Assembly: GCA_963720705.1 (NCBI GenBank)
Contig: CAVRGJ010000003.1
Span: forward strand, 33,488 to 97,487
Direction: 5' to 3'
From: an uncultured Alphaproteobacteria bacterium
GTDB taxonomy: Bacteria > Pseudomonadota > Alphaproteobacteria > Rhizobiales > Afifellaceae
Length of the DNA stretch: 64,000 bases
Under the pieces are notes generated by a model. That model was not told where the DNA came from. It was given only the letters and a program-made list of their open reading frames with translations, and made no database searches. This document shows, piece after piece, positions 11,051-24,101 of the stretch (position 1 is the stretch's first letter; each line of letters opens with the position of its first letter). A program made the position numbers and the translations under genes.

Positions 11051-11150
11051 TAGCTCTGTTGGTCATGGCCGGGCTTGACCCGGGCATCCATTCCGTTGCC
11101 GTTGAATATGCCGCTTCGGTTGCGGCATGGATTGCCGGATCAAGTCCGGC
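11051..11150. repeat. REP/MITE-like inverted-repeat element, family A copy 1
   Basis: The arms ggtcatggccgggcttgacccgggcatccattccgt and acggaatggattgccggatcaagtccggccatgac-type are near reverse complements. A second copy lies at 52321..52420. Intergenic between erpA and xthA. Confidence 0.7.
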
Positions 11151-11183
11151 CATGACGACCGGAAAAGCTGGGACCGCCTTTTC

Positions 11184-11969
11184 ATGCGCATCGCCACCTG
11201 GAACATCAACGGCGTCAAGGCGCGGATCGACAACCTTCTCACGTGGCTGAAGGAGACTGTGCCCGACGTCGTCTGCCTGCAGGAAATCAAATCCGTCGAC
11301 GAGGCCTTTCCGGCCGACGTGCTTGCCGACGCCGGCTATAATTGTGCCGTCCACGGCCAGAAGGGCTTCAACGGCGTAGCACTTCTCGCAAAACATCCGA
11401 TCGAGGACGTGAAGCGCGGGCTCCCCGGCGGCGACGGCGACGAGCAGGCGCGCTTCATCGTCGGGCTCGTCGCGCCGAAGGATGCGGCAGCGGTGCGGGT
11501 CGCTTCCGCCTACATGCCGAACGGCAACCCGATCGGAACGGAGAAATTCGCCTACAAGCTGGCTTGGCTGAAGCGCCTGGAGGATTGGACCCGGGCAGCG
11601 CTTGCGAACGAAGAGTCGCTCGTCCTTGGCGGCGACTACAACATCATCCCCGAGCCGCTCGACGCGAAGAACCCCGAGGCGTGGACCGGCGACGCGCTGT
11701 TCCAGCCCGAATCGCGCGCCGCCTTCCGCCGGCTTCTGTCGCGCGGGTTGACCGACGCCGTGCGCGCCGTCGACGACCGCGGCGGCATCTACACGTTCTG
11801 GGACTACCAGGCGGGCGCCTGGCAGAAGAACAACGGCATCCGCATCGACCATCTCCTGCTCTCGCCGGAGGCTGCGGACCGGATGGTCGAGGCCGGCATC
11901 GACCGGTACGTGCGTGCCTGGGAAAAGCCATCGGACCACGTGCCGGTCTGGGTGGAACTCCGGCGATAG
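11184..11969 (+). CDS. xthA: Exodeoxyribonuclease III
   Basis: MRIATWNINGVKARIDNLLTWLKE...VCLQEIK and the C-terminal SDHVPVWVEL motif. The start at 11184 is chosen because the 11127 extension is a translation of the REP element. Confidence 0.9.
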   Translation: MRIATWNINGVKARIDNLLTWLKETVPDVVCLQEIKSVDEAFPADVLADAGYNCAVHGQKGFNGVALLAKHPIEDVKRGLPGGDGDEQARFIVGLVAPKDAAAVRVASAYMPNGNPIGTEKFAYKLAWLKRLEDWTRAALANEESLVLGGDYNIIPEPLDAKNPEAWTGDALFQPESRAAFRRLLSRGLTDAVRAVDDRGGIYTFWDYQAGAWQKNNGIRIDHLLLSPEAADRMVEAGIDRYVRAWEKPSDHVPVWVELRR

Positions 11970-12022
11970 CAATTCCGCGATCGGTGCATGACTTGGCCGG
12001 CGTAGTTTGTTACGCTTCCAAG

Positions 12023-12310
12023 ATGAGGATGTTCCTCGCCGCGCTTGCGTCGCTGATGGTTTTTGGCGGCGCCGACGCCTGGGCAGGCGCAAATTGCACC
12101 TGCCGCGGGCCCGGTGTCGAGGCGACGCTCGGCGAGACGGTCTGCCTCAAGACTCCCTCCGGGTTTCGTCTCGCGCGCTGCGAGATGGTGCTGAACAACA
12201 CCTCCTGGAAGTTCCTGCCGGATGCCTGTCCGCAGGCGTCGCGCGCCGTGCCGAGCCACTCGGCTCTCGCGATGTCGATCGCGCCGGACGAATCCGATCC
12301 GCTCCGCTGA
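12023..12310 (+). CDS. Small secreted Cys-containing hypothetical protein
   Basis: 95 aa. Signal-peptide-like MRMFLAALASLMVFGGADAWA, then 5 Cys. No family recognised. Confidence 0.45.
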   Translation: MRMFLAALASLMVFGGADAWAGANCTCRGPGVEATLGETVCLKTPSGFRLARCEMVLNNTSWKFLPDACPQASRAVPSHSALAMSIAPDESDPLR

Positions 12311-12337
12311 GCGGAACTCTGCAGGAGTTTGCCGAAG

Positions 12338-13147
12338 CTACTGAAGCGGCGCCGTCGTTGTCGCCTGCGCCTGCGCGCCGCCTGTGCGGTTCGCCACCCA
12401 GGCCTGCGCGAGCGCCATCGCTTCCCGCCGCTCGTCTTCGCTGGCGGTCGAGAAAGCCTGTTCGTGGCGGGCCTGGATAACCGGATCGCCCGGGCTCGAT
12501 AGCCGTGCGATCGTCAGCCACATCAATCCCTCGACCGGGCGGCGATCCATGCCGATGCCCTCATAGAGCATGTGCCCGAACTCCGCCTGCGCGCCGACGT
12601 GACCCTTGCGTGCTGCGAGCTTGAACCAGCGCGCTGCCTGGCGCGTGTCCATTTCGCCGCCTTGGCCCTGCAGGAACATGTTGGCGAGCGAGAACTGCGC
12701 GTCGGAATCGCCGAAATAGGAGGCGGCGTAGGCGAAGAAGCGGCGTGCGCGGCTCGGGTCGGCGACGACCTGACCCGGTACGCCACTCTGATAGTAGGTG
12801 CCAAGGGTCACGAAGGCGTCGGCGACGAACGGCGCGTCCGGCCCGTTCGGATTCTCGTCTCCGTATTCGGTCGCGACCTGCGCAAAAAACTGCATCGCCT
12901 TACGGTCGTCCTCCGCGACGAGATCGCCGGTCTGGTACATGCGCCCGAGCTTCCAGAGCGCACCCGGATGCCCGTTCTCCGCAGCAAAGTTCAACGCCTC
13001 AAGCGCAGTTGCCGCGTCGCCCGCTTTGTAGGCCTCGTAGCCGGAGCGGAACGCCTCAGCGGGCGTGAGCTTCGGATCAAGCGCATGCGCGGCGCTGGCT
13101 CCGAGCCCCGTCAAAAGAACGACAATGCTGAATCTAGAGATCCGCAT
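12338..13147 (-). CDS. Sel1-repeat (TPR-like) periplasmic protein
   Basis: 269 aa. Signal peptide [22 protein letters not shown]. Repeated A..W...AA..GH..A...LG.MY..G patterns typical of Sel1 repeats. Confidence 0.8.
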   Translation of the reverse strand: MRISRFSIVVLLTGLGASAAHALDPKLTPAEAFRSGYEAYKAGDAATALEALNFAAENGHPGALWKLGRMYQTGDLVAEDDRKAMQFFAQVATEYGDENPNGPDAPFVADAFVTLGTYYQSGVPGQVVADPSRARRFFAYAASYFGDSDAQFSLANMFLQGQGGEMDTRQAARWFKLAARKGHVGAQAEFGHMLYEGIGMDRRPVEGLMWLTIARLSSPGDPVIQARHEQAFSTASEDERREAMALAQAWVANRTGGAQAQATTTAPLQ

Positions 13148-14858
13148 AAGTCACCGTCTCGGCGGCACCACCTGGATGGGTGACCGCCCCGTCTTTCGCT
13201 GAACCGACGATCTGTGCGTATTTCCACAGCGCACCGGACCGGTAGTCTGTTTCGCGCGGCTTCCATTTCTTCTTCCGCGCTTCGAGTTCCGTGTCGGAGA
13301 GCTTGACGTCGAGGCGCCCGCTCTCAGCGTCGATCTCGATGATGTCGCCGTCCCGAAGCAGGCCGATCGGCCCGCCGAGCGCCGCCTCCGGGCTGACATG
13401 GCCGATGCAGAACCCGCGCGTGCCACCTGAGAAGCGTCCGTCGGTGATGAGCGCGACCTTCTCGCCCATCCCCTGCCCGTAAAGTGCGGCCGTGGTTGAG
13501 AGCATCTCGCGCATGCCCGGGCCGCCGCGCGGCCCTTCGTAGCGGATGACGAGAACGTCGCCTTCCTTGTACTTACGCTCACTCACAGCAGCGAAACATT
13601 CCTCTTCGCTGTCAAAACAGCGCGCGGGCCCCGAAAAACGGACGTTCTTCATCCCCGCCACCTTCACGATGGCACCTTCGGCGGCGAGGTTGCCTCTGAG
13701 TCCCACGACGCCGCCTGTCGGCGATATCGGCTTGTCGGCAGGACGCACCACGTCCTGGTCGGGGTTCCACTTCACCTGAGCGAGGTTTTCGGCAATTGTG
13801 CGGCCAGTTACGGTTAAGCAATCGCCATTGAGAAAACCGTTATCAAGCAGTGTCTTCATCAATAGAGGAATGCCGCCGGCCTCGAACAAGTCCTTAGCGA
13901 CGTATTTACCGCTCGGCTTCAAAGACGCGATGTAAGGCGTCTTCCTGAAAATCTCCGCGACCTCGAACAAATCGAACTCGATGCCGCATTCGTGCGCGAT
14001 CGCCGGAAGGTGCAAAGCGGCATTGGTAGAGCCGCCCGAGGCGGCAACGACGGTTGCCGCATTCTCCAGCGCCTGGCGGGTGACGATATCGCGCGGGCGA
14101 ATGTTGCGAGCGATGAGCTCCATCACCTTCTCGCCGGCGGCCATGCAGAAGCGGTCCCGTATCTCGTATGGCGCCGGGGCGCCGGCCGAATACGGCAGCG
14201 CGAGACCAATCGCCTCGGACACCGTCGCCATCGTATTGGCGGTGAACTGCCCGCCGCAGGCTCCGGCCGAGGGACAGGCAACCTGCTCGAGCGTTTCAAG
14301 GTCCTCGTCCGACATCTTGCCGACGGAATGAAGGCCAACGGCTTCGAATACGTCGACCACCGTCACGTCCCTGCCCTTGAAGGTGCCGGGCAGGATGGAG
14401 CCGCCATAAAGGAAGACCGAGGGAACGTTCAGGCGGCACATCGCCATCATCATGCCGGGCAGCGACTTGTCGCAGCCGGCAAGGCCGACCAGCGCATCGT
14501 AGCAGTGGCCGCGCATGGTCAGCTCGACGGAGTCGGCGATCACCTCGCGCGACACCAGCGACGACTTCATGCCCTGGTGGCCCATGGCGATGCCGTCTGT
14601 GACGGTGATGGTAGTGAACTCGCGCGGCGTCCCGTCGGCGGCCGCCACACCCTGCTTGACCGCCTGCGCCTGGCGCATCAGCGAAATGTTGCAGGGCGCC
14701 GCCTCGTTCCAGCAGGTGGCCACACCGACAAAGGGTTGATGGATCTGGTGGGGCGAAAGCCCCATGGCATAGTAGTACGAGCGATGCGGCGCGCGGTTCG
14801 GGCCCTCCGTCACGTGACGGCTGGGCAGCTTCATCTTGTCAAACGTTCTCGCGTCCAT
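13134..14858 (-). CDS. ilvD: Dihydroxy-acid dehydratase
   Basis: 574 aa. [25 protein letters not shown] and GHVSPEAA motifs. Confidence 0.95.
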   Translation of the reverse strand: MDARTFDKMKLPSRHVTEGPNRAPHRSYYYAMGLSPHQIHQPFVGVATCWNEAAPCNISLMRQAQAVKQGVAAADGTPREFTTITVTDGIAMGHQGMKSSLVSREVIADSVELTMRGHCYDALVGLAGCDKSLPGMMMAMCRLNVPSVFLYGGSILPGTFKGRDVTVVDVFEAVGLHSVGKMSDEDLETLEQVACPSAGACGGQFTANTMATVSEAIGLALPYSAGAPAPYEIRDRFCMAAGEKVMELIARNIRPRDIVTRQALENAATVVAASGGSTNAALHLPAIAHECGIEFDLFEVAEIFRKTPYIASLKPSGKYVAKDLFEAGGIPLLMKTLLDNGFLNGDCLTVTGRTIAENLAQVKWNPDQDVVRPADKPISPTGGVVGLRGNLAAEGAIVKVAGMKNVRFSGPARCFDSEEECFAAVSERKYKEGDVLVIRYEGPRGGPGMREMLSTTAALYGQGMGEKVALITDGRFSGGTRGFCIGHVSPEAALGGPIGLLRDGDIIEIDAESGRLDVKLSDTELEARKKKWKPRETDYRSGALWKYAQIVGSAKDGAVTHPGGAAETVTYADL

Positions 14859-15172
14859 CTACGCCTGCTCTCGCCGCGCCCCCGTCCGGCCAGCTACGCT
14901 GCCTTCGGCCCGCCATCGATACCGCTCTGCGGCGGGCCCTTCGCTAACGCCGAAATCTGGCGCCGAACCCTTGAGAAACAATAAGATTGATCGTGGCGCA
15001 AAGGGGGCGCCGCGCCGATCGACGCGGTTTTGCAACAGCTGTGGCAGTTCGGTGACACGCGATGAATTGGCCGTCGACCGCCCGTCAGTCGGATTCACAC
15101 CGGCGGTTAATTCTGCCCCCATACGAATCCGGCCTAGGCTAAAGTCGCCTACCGATCCGAGAGTGACGTCAC

Positions 15173-17044
15173 ATGACGCCCTTTTCGCGCTTTCGATCCC
15201 GGTGTTTTGCATCGTCGTGGCTGCTCGGGCCGGCCATTGTTTGCGCTCTCGCGCTAACGGCAGCCCAGGCCGCGCCAGCCGCCGATGCAAAGATCGACGA
15301 GACCTACCTCTCGCTCCTTGCCCACCCGGACCTTTCCAACCCGCGATCCACTCTCGTGACGCTGCAGGAAAGCGTGCAGCAGGCCTACGCTGTCCTGACC
15401 AAGGCCTATCATGAGCACCGTAGCAGTCCCGGATTCACCACCAGTGCCGAAGTAAAGCAGCAGGTGGCGACCGCGCAGCTTCTGCTCAACCGAGCGATGG
15501 CAACCCTCGATCTGAGCCAACAGCCGGCGGTCAACCGAGAGGAAGTGGGCACCGAGACTGTCCTGCTGCTCAAGGAGATACTCGACCGAATTCCAGCGAT
15601 GCCGGCCGACGGCATTCCAGGCCCGGAAGATGTCGCGGCCCACGACGGCGGGGCGCCGCTTCAAGCATGGTCCTTGCCTTACGGGGATATCCAGATCGTG
15701 CGCGTGAGCGACGGCCCGGAAGCCGGCAACTATCTGTTTTCGGCTGCCACGGTCGCGCACGTGCCGGAGTTCTACAACCTCATCAAGGGTTTCGCCGAGC
15801 GCCCCGACGCCCAGGCGGACTTCTTCGAGTTTTATACGCTGACACCCGGCCATCTGTTGCCGCCGAAATGGTACCTCTGGATCGAGGATATGCCCAACTG
15901 GACGCGGCACGCGTTTGCGGGCCAGGCGGTGTGGCAATGGGTAGGCCTATTCCTCGTCGCAACAGTGCTCGCCGCCATCTACTGGGCGGTCTGGCGCCTC
16001 CCGCACCGGCGCATCGCATCAGCCGCGCCGCTCAAACGCGCCGGATATCGCCTGTCGATGACGATCGTGATCGTTCTTGCGACGTTGTTTGCCCAATGGC
16101 TTGCAGTCGAGCAGCTGAACATCACCGGCTGGCCATACATCGCTGTCAACACGACCCTCTACGCGATCGCCTATGTGGCGACGGCATTGGTAACCTATTT
16201 CGCACTGGTTGCACTCGCAGAGCTGATCATCGCATCGCCGCGTATCGATTCAGCGAGCGTCGACGCGAGCCTGCTGCGGATCACCGCGCGCGTCGTCGGC
16301 ATAGCTGCGACTGTGTGCATCGCTATGTACGGGGCGACGGAGGTCGGCATTTCCCTCTACGGCGTTCTCGCCGGGCTTGGTGTCGGTGGCTTGGCGCTCG
16401 GCCTGGCCGCGCGCCCGACACTTGAGAACCTGATCGGCGGCCTGACGCTGTACGCCGACCGGCCGGTGCGCGTCGGCGACTTCTGCCAGTTCAACAACAC
16501 GATTGGCACGGTCGAGGAGATCGGACTGCGCTCGACCCGCGTGCGTGCGCCGGACCGTACGCTCATCACGATACCGAATGCCGATTTTTCCAACATGCAG
16601 CTCGTGAACTTCACGCGGCGCGACCAGATAATGTTGGCGACCACGCTCGGGCTCCGGTACGAGACGACACGCGAACAGATGCGCGAGGTTATCCGACGTA
16701 TTCAGGAGCTGCTTCTCGATCACCCCGAGATAGACCGGGACAAAGTGCGCGTCCGCTTTCGAGAGTTCGGCGAATATGCGCTTGGCGTCGAGTTTCGTGC
16801 GTTCGTCAATACAACCAATTTCGCCCGCTTCCTGGAGATTCAGGAGGAGCTGTTTCTCGCGGTCATGGGAATCGTCGAGGAGTGCGGAACGGCGATGGCC
16901 TTCCCGTCGAACACGACCTACCACGTGACCGACGGAGGGCTGATGCCGAAGCCGCTGCGGGATGTCATTCGTCCCGACACGAGTGGCGATGCGGAGCGCG
17001 ATAGCGGCGCGGGCACCGATAGCCCTCCCGGCTCCGCGGCCTGA
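15173..17044 (+). CDS. Mechanosensitive ion channel (MscS family) with long N-terminal periplasmic domain
   Basis: 623 aa. Signal peptide, several TM segments, then LIGGLTLYADRPVRVGDFCQF...GTVEEIGLRSTRVRAPDRTLITIPN, the MscS beta-domain signature. Confidence 0.85.
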   Translation: MTPFSRFRSRCFASSWLLGPAIVCALALTAAQAAPAADAKIDETYLSLLAHPDLSNPRSTLVTLQESVQQAYAVLTKAYHEHRSSPGFTTSAEVKQQVATAQLLLNRAMATLDLSQQPAVNREEVGTETVLLLKEILDRIPAMPADGIPGPEDVAAHDGGAPLQAWSLPYGDIQIVRVSDGPEAGNYLFSAATVAHVPEFYNLIKGFAERPDAQADFFEFYTLTPGHLLPPKWYLWIEDMPNWTRHAFAGQAVWQWVGLFLVATVLAAIYWAVWRLPHRRIASAAPLKRAGYRLSMTIVIVLATLFAQWLAVEQLNITGWPYIAVNTTLYAIAYVATALVTYFALVALAELIIASPRIDSASVDASLLRITARVVGIAATVCIAMYGATEVGISLYGVLAGLGVGGLALGLAARPTLENLIGGLTLYADRPVRVGDFCQFNNTIGTVEEIGLRSTRVRAPDRTLITIPNADFSNMQLVNFTRRDQIMLATTLGLRYETTREQMREVIRRIQELLLDHPEIDRDKVRVRFREFGEYALGVEFRAFVNTTNFARFLEIQEELFLAVMGIVEECGTAMAFPSNTTYHVTDGGLMPKPLRDVIRPDTSGDAERDSGAGTDSPPGSAA

Positions 17045-17068
17045 CGCGGCCGGTTCCGCCGCCGGAAG

Positions 17069-19771
<2,703 letters not shown>

Positions 19772-19894
19772 GGCGGTCCCGGCTGTGGCGGCGGTGTTAA
19801 ACTGACGCCGCTTCAGACTGTCAACCGCTCATAAGGGCCGAGCGCGCTGCGCAAGGCGGCCCGCCGAAGCTGCCTAATCCTTGGGCGAAAAGGC

Positions 19895-20503
19895 TCAGCG
19901 CCGGCCGCGCGACACCCGCTCGATCTCCTCCTGAACCTTGCGTTCGACGATCGAAGGCAGGTTGTCGTCGAGCCATTGCTTCAGCATCGGCTGCAGCATC
20001 TCGGCGACAACGTCCTCGAGCGTGCGCGTGTGGTTATGAGCGAGGAGCGTATTGGCGAGCGCCCCGAAAGCGCCCGAGATCGCTTCACCCAATTCCTGCG
20101 AGAGAAGCGGGTCCTCCTCGTCTTCCACCGGGGTGTGGGCCGCAATCACCGGCGCGCGCAACCGCCGCGGCGCGGGCTCCGGCTCGCTCATCTCCGTGTC
20201 GTGTTCTGAAGCGCGACGCATAAACTCTCCGTAGTTCGGTTCGGGCTCGATCTCGCGTTCGGCCGCCGGTTCGTCTTCAGCCGCCTCTGCGGTCGACTGA
20301 TAGTCCTCGATGGCTGCCGGCGGCTCGGGCTCGACCCGCCCATGCTCGTGCCCGGCCTCTTCCGCGCGCGTTGCACGCGCCGGCTCCGCAATCACGCCGT
20401 CGATCTTAGGAGCCGCCGACCCGCCATCCTCCGAGATGATCTGGCGGATCGACGCAAGTATCTCCTCCATCGACGGCTCATGCACCGTGTTTGGATTCGC
20501 CAT
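19895..20503 (-). CDS. PopZ-like pole-organizing protein (DUF2497)
   Basis: 202 aa. N-terminal EPSMEEILASIRQIISEDG, acidic/Pro-rich middle, C-terminal LEDVVAEMLQPMLKQWLDDNLPSIVERKVQEEIERV, as in Caulobacter/Agrobacterium PopZ. Confidence 0.7.
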   Translation of the reverse strand: MANPNTVHEPSMEEILASIRQIISEDGGSAAPKIDGVIAEPARATRAEEAGHEHGRVEPEPPAAIEDYQSTAEAAEDEPAAEREIEPEPNYGEFMRRASEHDTEMSEPEPAPRRLRAPVIAAHTPVEDEEDPLLSQELGEAISGAFGALANTLLAHNHTRTLEDVVAEMLQPMLKQWLDDNLPSIVERKVQEEIERVSRGRR

Positions 20504-20650
20504 TCTCTCCCCCGGTCATGCCCGCCCCAACTCACGGCCCGAAATCGGCGACACATTAGACGCAGACACTGAGACTCACGCTAGGGAAACATCGCGGGGC
20601 GACGAGAGCGGAAAACGCTTGAATTGCCCCGCCGCAGCCAGCCCGACAGG

Positions 20651-22018
20651 TCAGCGCCCGTCGGGAGTCCGCACGCCGATCAACTTGCTGCGCACCGAGC
20701 GGTAGTGCTCCGTCGGGTCATAGACCGGCGTGGGCAAGCCGAGCTGCTCGGCGCTAAGCCGGCCCATCGCTGAAAGAAGCGCGAAGGACGCCACCACACG
20801 GTCGCGATGCGCGACGATTTCCGTCTCGCGCGTGTTCAGCAACTCCTGCTGGGCATCGAGAACGTCGAGCGTGGTGCGCTGGCCGACCTTCTGCTCCTCC
20901 TGTACGCCGGAGAGCGCAATCTCGGCTGCATCAATTCCCTCGTTGGCCGCCGCAATGGCGCCGACCGCCGCTTCAACCTGCGCCCATGCGGTGACCACTG
21001 CCGCGCGCACCTGGTCACGCGCGACGTCGATCTCGATCTTGCGCAGCCCGTATTGCTCCTTCGATTGCCGCACCCTTCCGTAAGCGGCGCCGCCTGCGTA
21101 GATCGGTATCGAGACCGAGGCTGAGACGGACGCCGAGTTCGGATCGAAGCTGCCGTTATAGCTTTCGTTGTGCTGAACTGTCCCCTGGAGGCTGACCTCA
21201 GGCAAAAGCTCGCCTTCTGCTTGCTTCACCGCGAAGGCTTGCGCATCCGCCTGGTGAATCGCTGCCAGGATCAGGGGATGCGCGTCCTCGCCGACATCCA
21301 CCGCCGCCGGGAGGGTGGCCGGCACAAGGCGGCCGTAGGGGAAGCCGTCCGCCAGACCCTGCGGATCGTGACCAATGACTTGCCGGTAGGTTGCCTTGCT
21401 GCTCGCAAGATTGGCCTGAGCGAGGCTCACCGCGGCGCGCGCGGAGGCAAGTCTGGCACGCGCCTGCGCAACGTCGGTGCGCGTGTTCTCCCCGACGTTG
21501 AACCGCTCGTTCGCGGCGCGCACCTGCTCTTCGAGGAAGAGAACGTTGCGGCGGCGGATGTCGAGAATGGCGGTATCGCGCAACACGTCCATATAGGCCT
21601 GCGCCGCGTCGAAGAGGATATTTTGAACCGTATTGCGCAGCACTTCGCGGCTCGCCAGCACGCCGACCTCGGCCTGCTTGACGCCGTTGCGAACGCGGAA
21701 CCCGGAGAAGATGTTCTGCGTGACCTGGAGCCCGACCGTGGTGGAGCCCGTCGTCTTGTCGCCGGTCCCAATCACTTGATCCGTCCGGCTTCCCGTCGTG
21801 GTGCTGAACAGGGAGATGACCGGCGTATATCCGCCGCGCGCGATCGGCACGTTCTCGTCGTCGGAGCGCGTCTGCGCCCGCGCCGAATTGATCTCGGGAT
21901 TCGAGGCGTACGCAGAAGCAAGCGCGCTCGTAATCGACTCCGCGGAAGCCCCCGAGGCCATCGCGAAGGTCAAAACCCCAAGGACCGTCGCCAAGACGGC
22001 ATACTTGCGACGGAGCAC
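20651..22018 (-). CDS. tolC: TolC-family outer membrane efflux/type I secretion protein
   Basis: 455 aa. Signal peptide and two repeated halves with coiled-coil-like heptads, typical TolC length. Confidence 0.85.
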   Translation of the reverse strand: MLRRKYAVLATVLGVLTFAMASGASAESITSALASAYASNPEINSARAQTRSDDENVPIARGGYTPVISLFSTTTGSRTDQVIGTGDKTTGSTTVGLQVTQNIFSGFRVRNGVKQAEVGVLASREVLRNTVQNILFDAAQAYMDVLRDTAILDIRRRNVLFLEEQVRAANERFNVGENTRTDVAQARARLASARAAVSLAQANLASSKATYRQVIGHDPQGLADGFPYGRLVPATLPAAVDVGEDAHPLILAAIHQADAQAFAVKQAEGELLPEVSLQGTVQHNESYNGSFDPNSASVSASVSIPIYAGGAAYGRVRQSKEQYGLRKIEIDVARDQVRAAVVTAWAQVEAAVGAIAAANEGIDAAEIALSGVQEEQKVGQRTTLDVLDAQQELLNTRETEIVAHRDRVVASFALLSAMGRLSAEQLGLPTPVYDPTEHYRSVRSKLIGVRTPDGR

Positions 22019-22193
22019 GTATCCCCTCAGTTCACGCGTTGAAGGCCGCAGGCCCGACAGAACTAGGACGTCGATAACCGGACGATTCTAGCAGTTCGCT
22101 CCCAGTATGACCGGTGCCGCCGCCGGTCATCAACAGAATTGGACCGTTGCAGCGACGAATAGCCGCCGATCGTGTCGCGAAGGCGACGTTTCC

Positions 22194-22877
22194 TCAGAAA
22201 ACAAAGGCGCGCGGGCGCTCAAATCCGGGGAGAAGCGTTGCCCAGGCGTCGAAGCGAGGCCATTTCGTAGCCTCCGCGCCAACTCGCTCGTAAAGCATCG
22301 CGCGACTCAGCCGGTCGTCGCGCTCGATCGTCGCCAGAATGCCCCCTGGCTTCAGCTGTTCGACGAGAGCGTCTGGCATCGTCTCGACCGCGCCGTCGAC
22401 AAGGATCGCATCGTAGGGCGCGCCGGGGGGATAGCCCGCGGTCAGTTTTGCCTCGACCACTTCGACGTGGATTGCGCCCGCGGCCTTCAGCTTCTCGCGC
22501 GCCAGCGCCGCGAGCGCCTTGTCCTCCTCCACCGCGACAACGGAGCCGGCGAGATGCGACAGGATCGCGGCCGAATAGCCGGTGCCGCACCCGACCACCA
22601 TCACCTTCGCGTCTGGACCGAGCGGCAAAGCATTGACGAGCCGCGCCAGGCGGACCGGTTCCATCATGCGCCGTGACGGTGCAGCCTCCGCCATAGCGAG
22701 CTCGCGATCCGCGTACGCGAAAGCTGCTTCGGCGGGCGCGGCGAACGCCTCGCGCGGCACCGCCAGAAACGCCCGGATCACATTGTGATCGGTGACCTGG
22801 TTCGGCCGCAGCTGGTTGTCCACCATGCGCTGCCTAAGCACGGCAAAATCGGTCATGCCCGCGATCCGAAAATCCAA
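22194..22877 (-). CDS. pcm: Protein-L-isoaspartate O-methyltransferase
   Basis: 227 aa. SAM-binding VMVVGCGTGYSAAILSHL. An alternative start MTDFAVLRQ lies at 22856. Confidence 0.85.
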   Translation of the reverse strand: MDFRIAGMTDFAVLRQRMVDNQLRPNQVTDHNVIRAFLAVPREAFAAPAEAAFAYADRELAMAEAAPSRRMMEPVRLARLVNALPLGPDAKVMVVGCGTGYSAAILSHLAGSVVAVEEDKALAALAREKLKAAGAIHVEVVEAKLTAGYPPGAPYDAILVDGAVETMPDALVEQLKPGGILATIERDDRLSRAMLYERVGAEATKWPRFDAWATLLPGFERPRAFVF

Positions 22878-22882
22878 AAAGC

Positions 22883-22956
22883 TGGAGGCCTCGCCCGGAA
22901 TCGAACCGGGGTGCGCGGATTTGCAGTCCGCTGCGTCACCACTCCGCCACGAGGCC
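22883..22956 (-). tRNA. tRNA-Cys (GCA)
   Basis: Reverse complement ggcctcgtggcggagtggtgacgcagcggactGCAaatccgc...ggttcgattccgggcgaggcctcca folds as a cloverleaf: 7-bp acceptor stem, TPsiC loop ttcgatt, encoded CCA. Confidence 0.9.
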
Positions 22957-23114
22957 GGTCGCGGCTGCGTTACCAGAGGGATAGGGGCGCCACAAGAGCA
23001 CCGGACGCGCCGCCCCGTGCGCTTGATCGGCGGATCGGCTATGAGCCCGCCGATGGCTCACACAATGTGTCGCCGCAGCGGTTGCCGCCAGATCTTTGAC
23101 GCGCGCGGGTCGCC

Positions 23115-24101
23115 GTGAGCGGGCTCACCATCAGGTTTGGCATTCTCGCAGTCGCGCTTGTGACTGACCGGCTGCTCGGCGATCCGCCCGGGCTCTGGCG
23201 CCGCCTTCCGCACCCGGTCGTACTGGTGGGGCGCGCAGTGGAGGCGCTCGATCGGCGGCTGAACGACGACGACGCGCCGTATGCCAGGCGTCGCCGCAAC
23301 GGCGCGTTCGCGCTTCTCCTCCTGGTCGCCGGGGCGGCAATCATCGGATGGCTCGCCGGACGACTGCTGCATGCCATGCCGCTGCAGTTGGTGATCGAGG
23401 CCGTTGTCGTCGCGGTGCTCCTCGCCCACGAGAGCCTTGTCGACCATGTGGCGGCGGTTGAGCGGGCATTGGCGAAGGACGGGCTGGAAAGCGGCCGCCG
23501 CGCTGTCGCGGAGATCGTCGGTCGCGACGTCAGTGTCCTCGACGAAGCCGGCGTCGCGCGTGCCGCGATCGAGTCCGCCGCCGAGAACTTTTCCGACGGC
23601 GTGATCGCGCCGGCATTCTGGTTCATGCTCCTCGGCCTGCCCGGCCTTTTCGTCTTCAAGCTCGTGAACACCGCCAATTCCATGATCGGACACCGCACGC
23701 CGCGCCACGAAGCCTTCGGCTGGGCGGCGGCGCGCCTGGACGATGTTTTGAGTTTCGTGCCGGCACGCATCTCAGCGCTTCTGATCGCCGTCGCGGCGTT
23801 TCCGTCCCGGAGCGCCGTCCGCAACGCGGTCAGCGCGGCGCTAGCAGACGCGCCCAAGCACAAATCGCCGAACGCCGGCTGGCCGGAGGCGGCGCTCGCC
23901 GGCGCGCTCGGCTTGGCGCTCGGCGGCCCGCGCCGCTACGGAGAGATTGCGGTCGAAGGCGCTTGGTTGAACCCTGGCGGCCGCAGGGATGCGAGTCCTG
24001 ACGACATCGGCGCCTCGGTCCGCATGATCAATACCGCCTGGGCCATCGCCGCCGCGATAGCTGCGTTCTCGGCGCTCACGCTGATCGCGATCGGGCGATA
24101 G
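23115..24101 (+). CDS. cobD: Adenosylcobinamide-phosphate synthase (CobD/CbiB)
   Basis: 328 aa polytopic membrane protein. [28 protein letters not shown] and [14 protein letters not shown] motifs of CbiB. GTG start. Confidence 0.85.
   Translation: MSGLTIRFGILAVALVTDRLLGDPPGLWRRLPHPVVLVGRAVEALDRRLNDDDAPYARRRRNGAFALLLLVAGAAIIGWLAGRLLHAMPLQLVIEAVVVAVLLAHESLVDHVAAVERALAKDGLESGRRAVAEIVGRDVSVLDEAGVARAAIESAAENFSDGVIAPAFWFMLLGLPGLFVFKLVNTANSMIGHRTPRHEAFGWAAARLDDVLSFVPARISALLIAVAAFPSRSAVRNAVSAALADAPKHKSPNAGWPEAALAGALGLALGGPRRYGEIAVEGAWLNPGGRRDASPDDIGASVRMINTAWAIAAAIAAFSALTLIAIGR

Noticed and set aside
24076-24101. 26-nt overlap of the convergent cobD and cobQ 3' ends, considered as a possible regulatory or antisense feature
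   Set aside because: Short convergent overlaps are common in compact GC-rich genomes, and no additional structure was seen.
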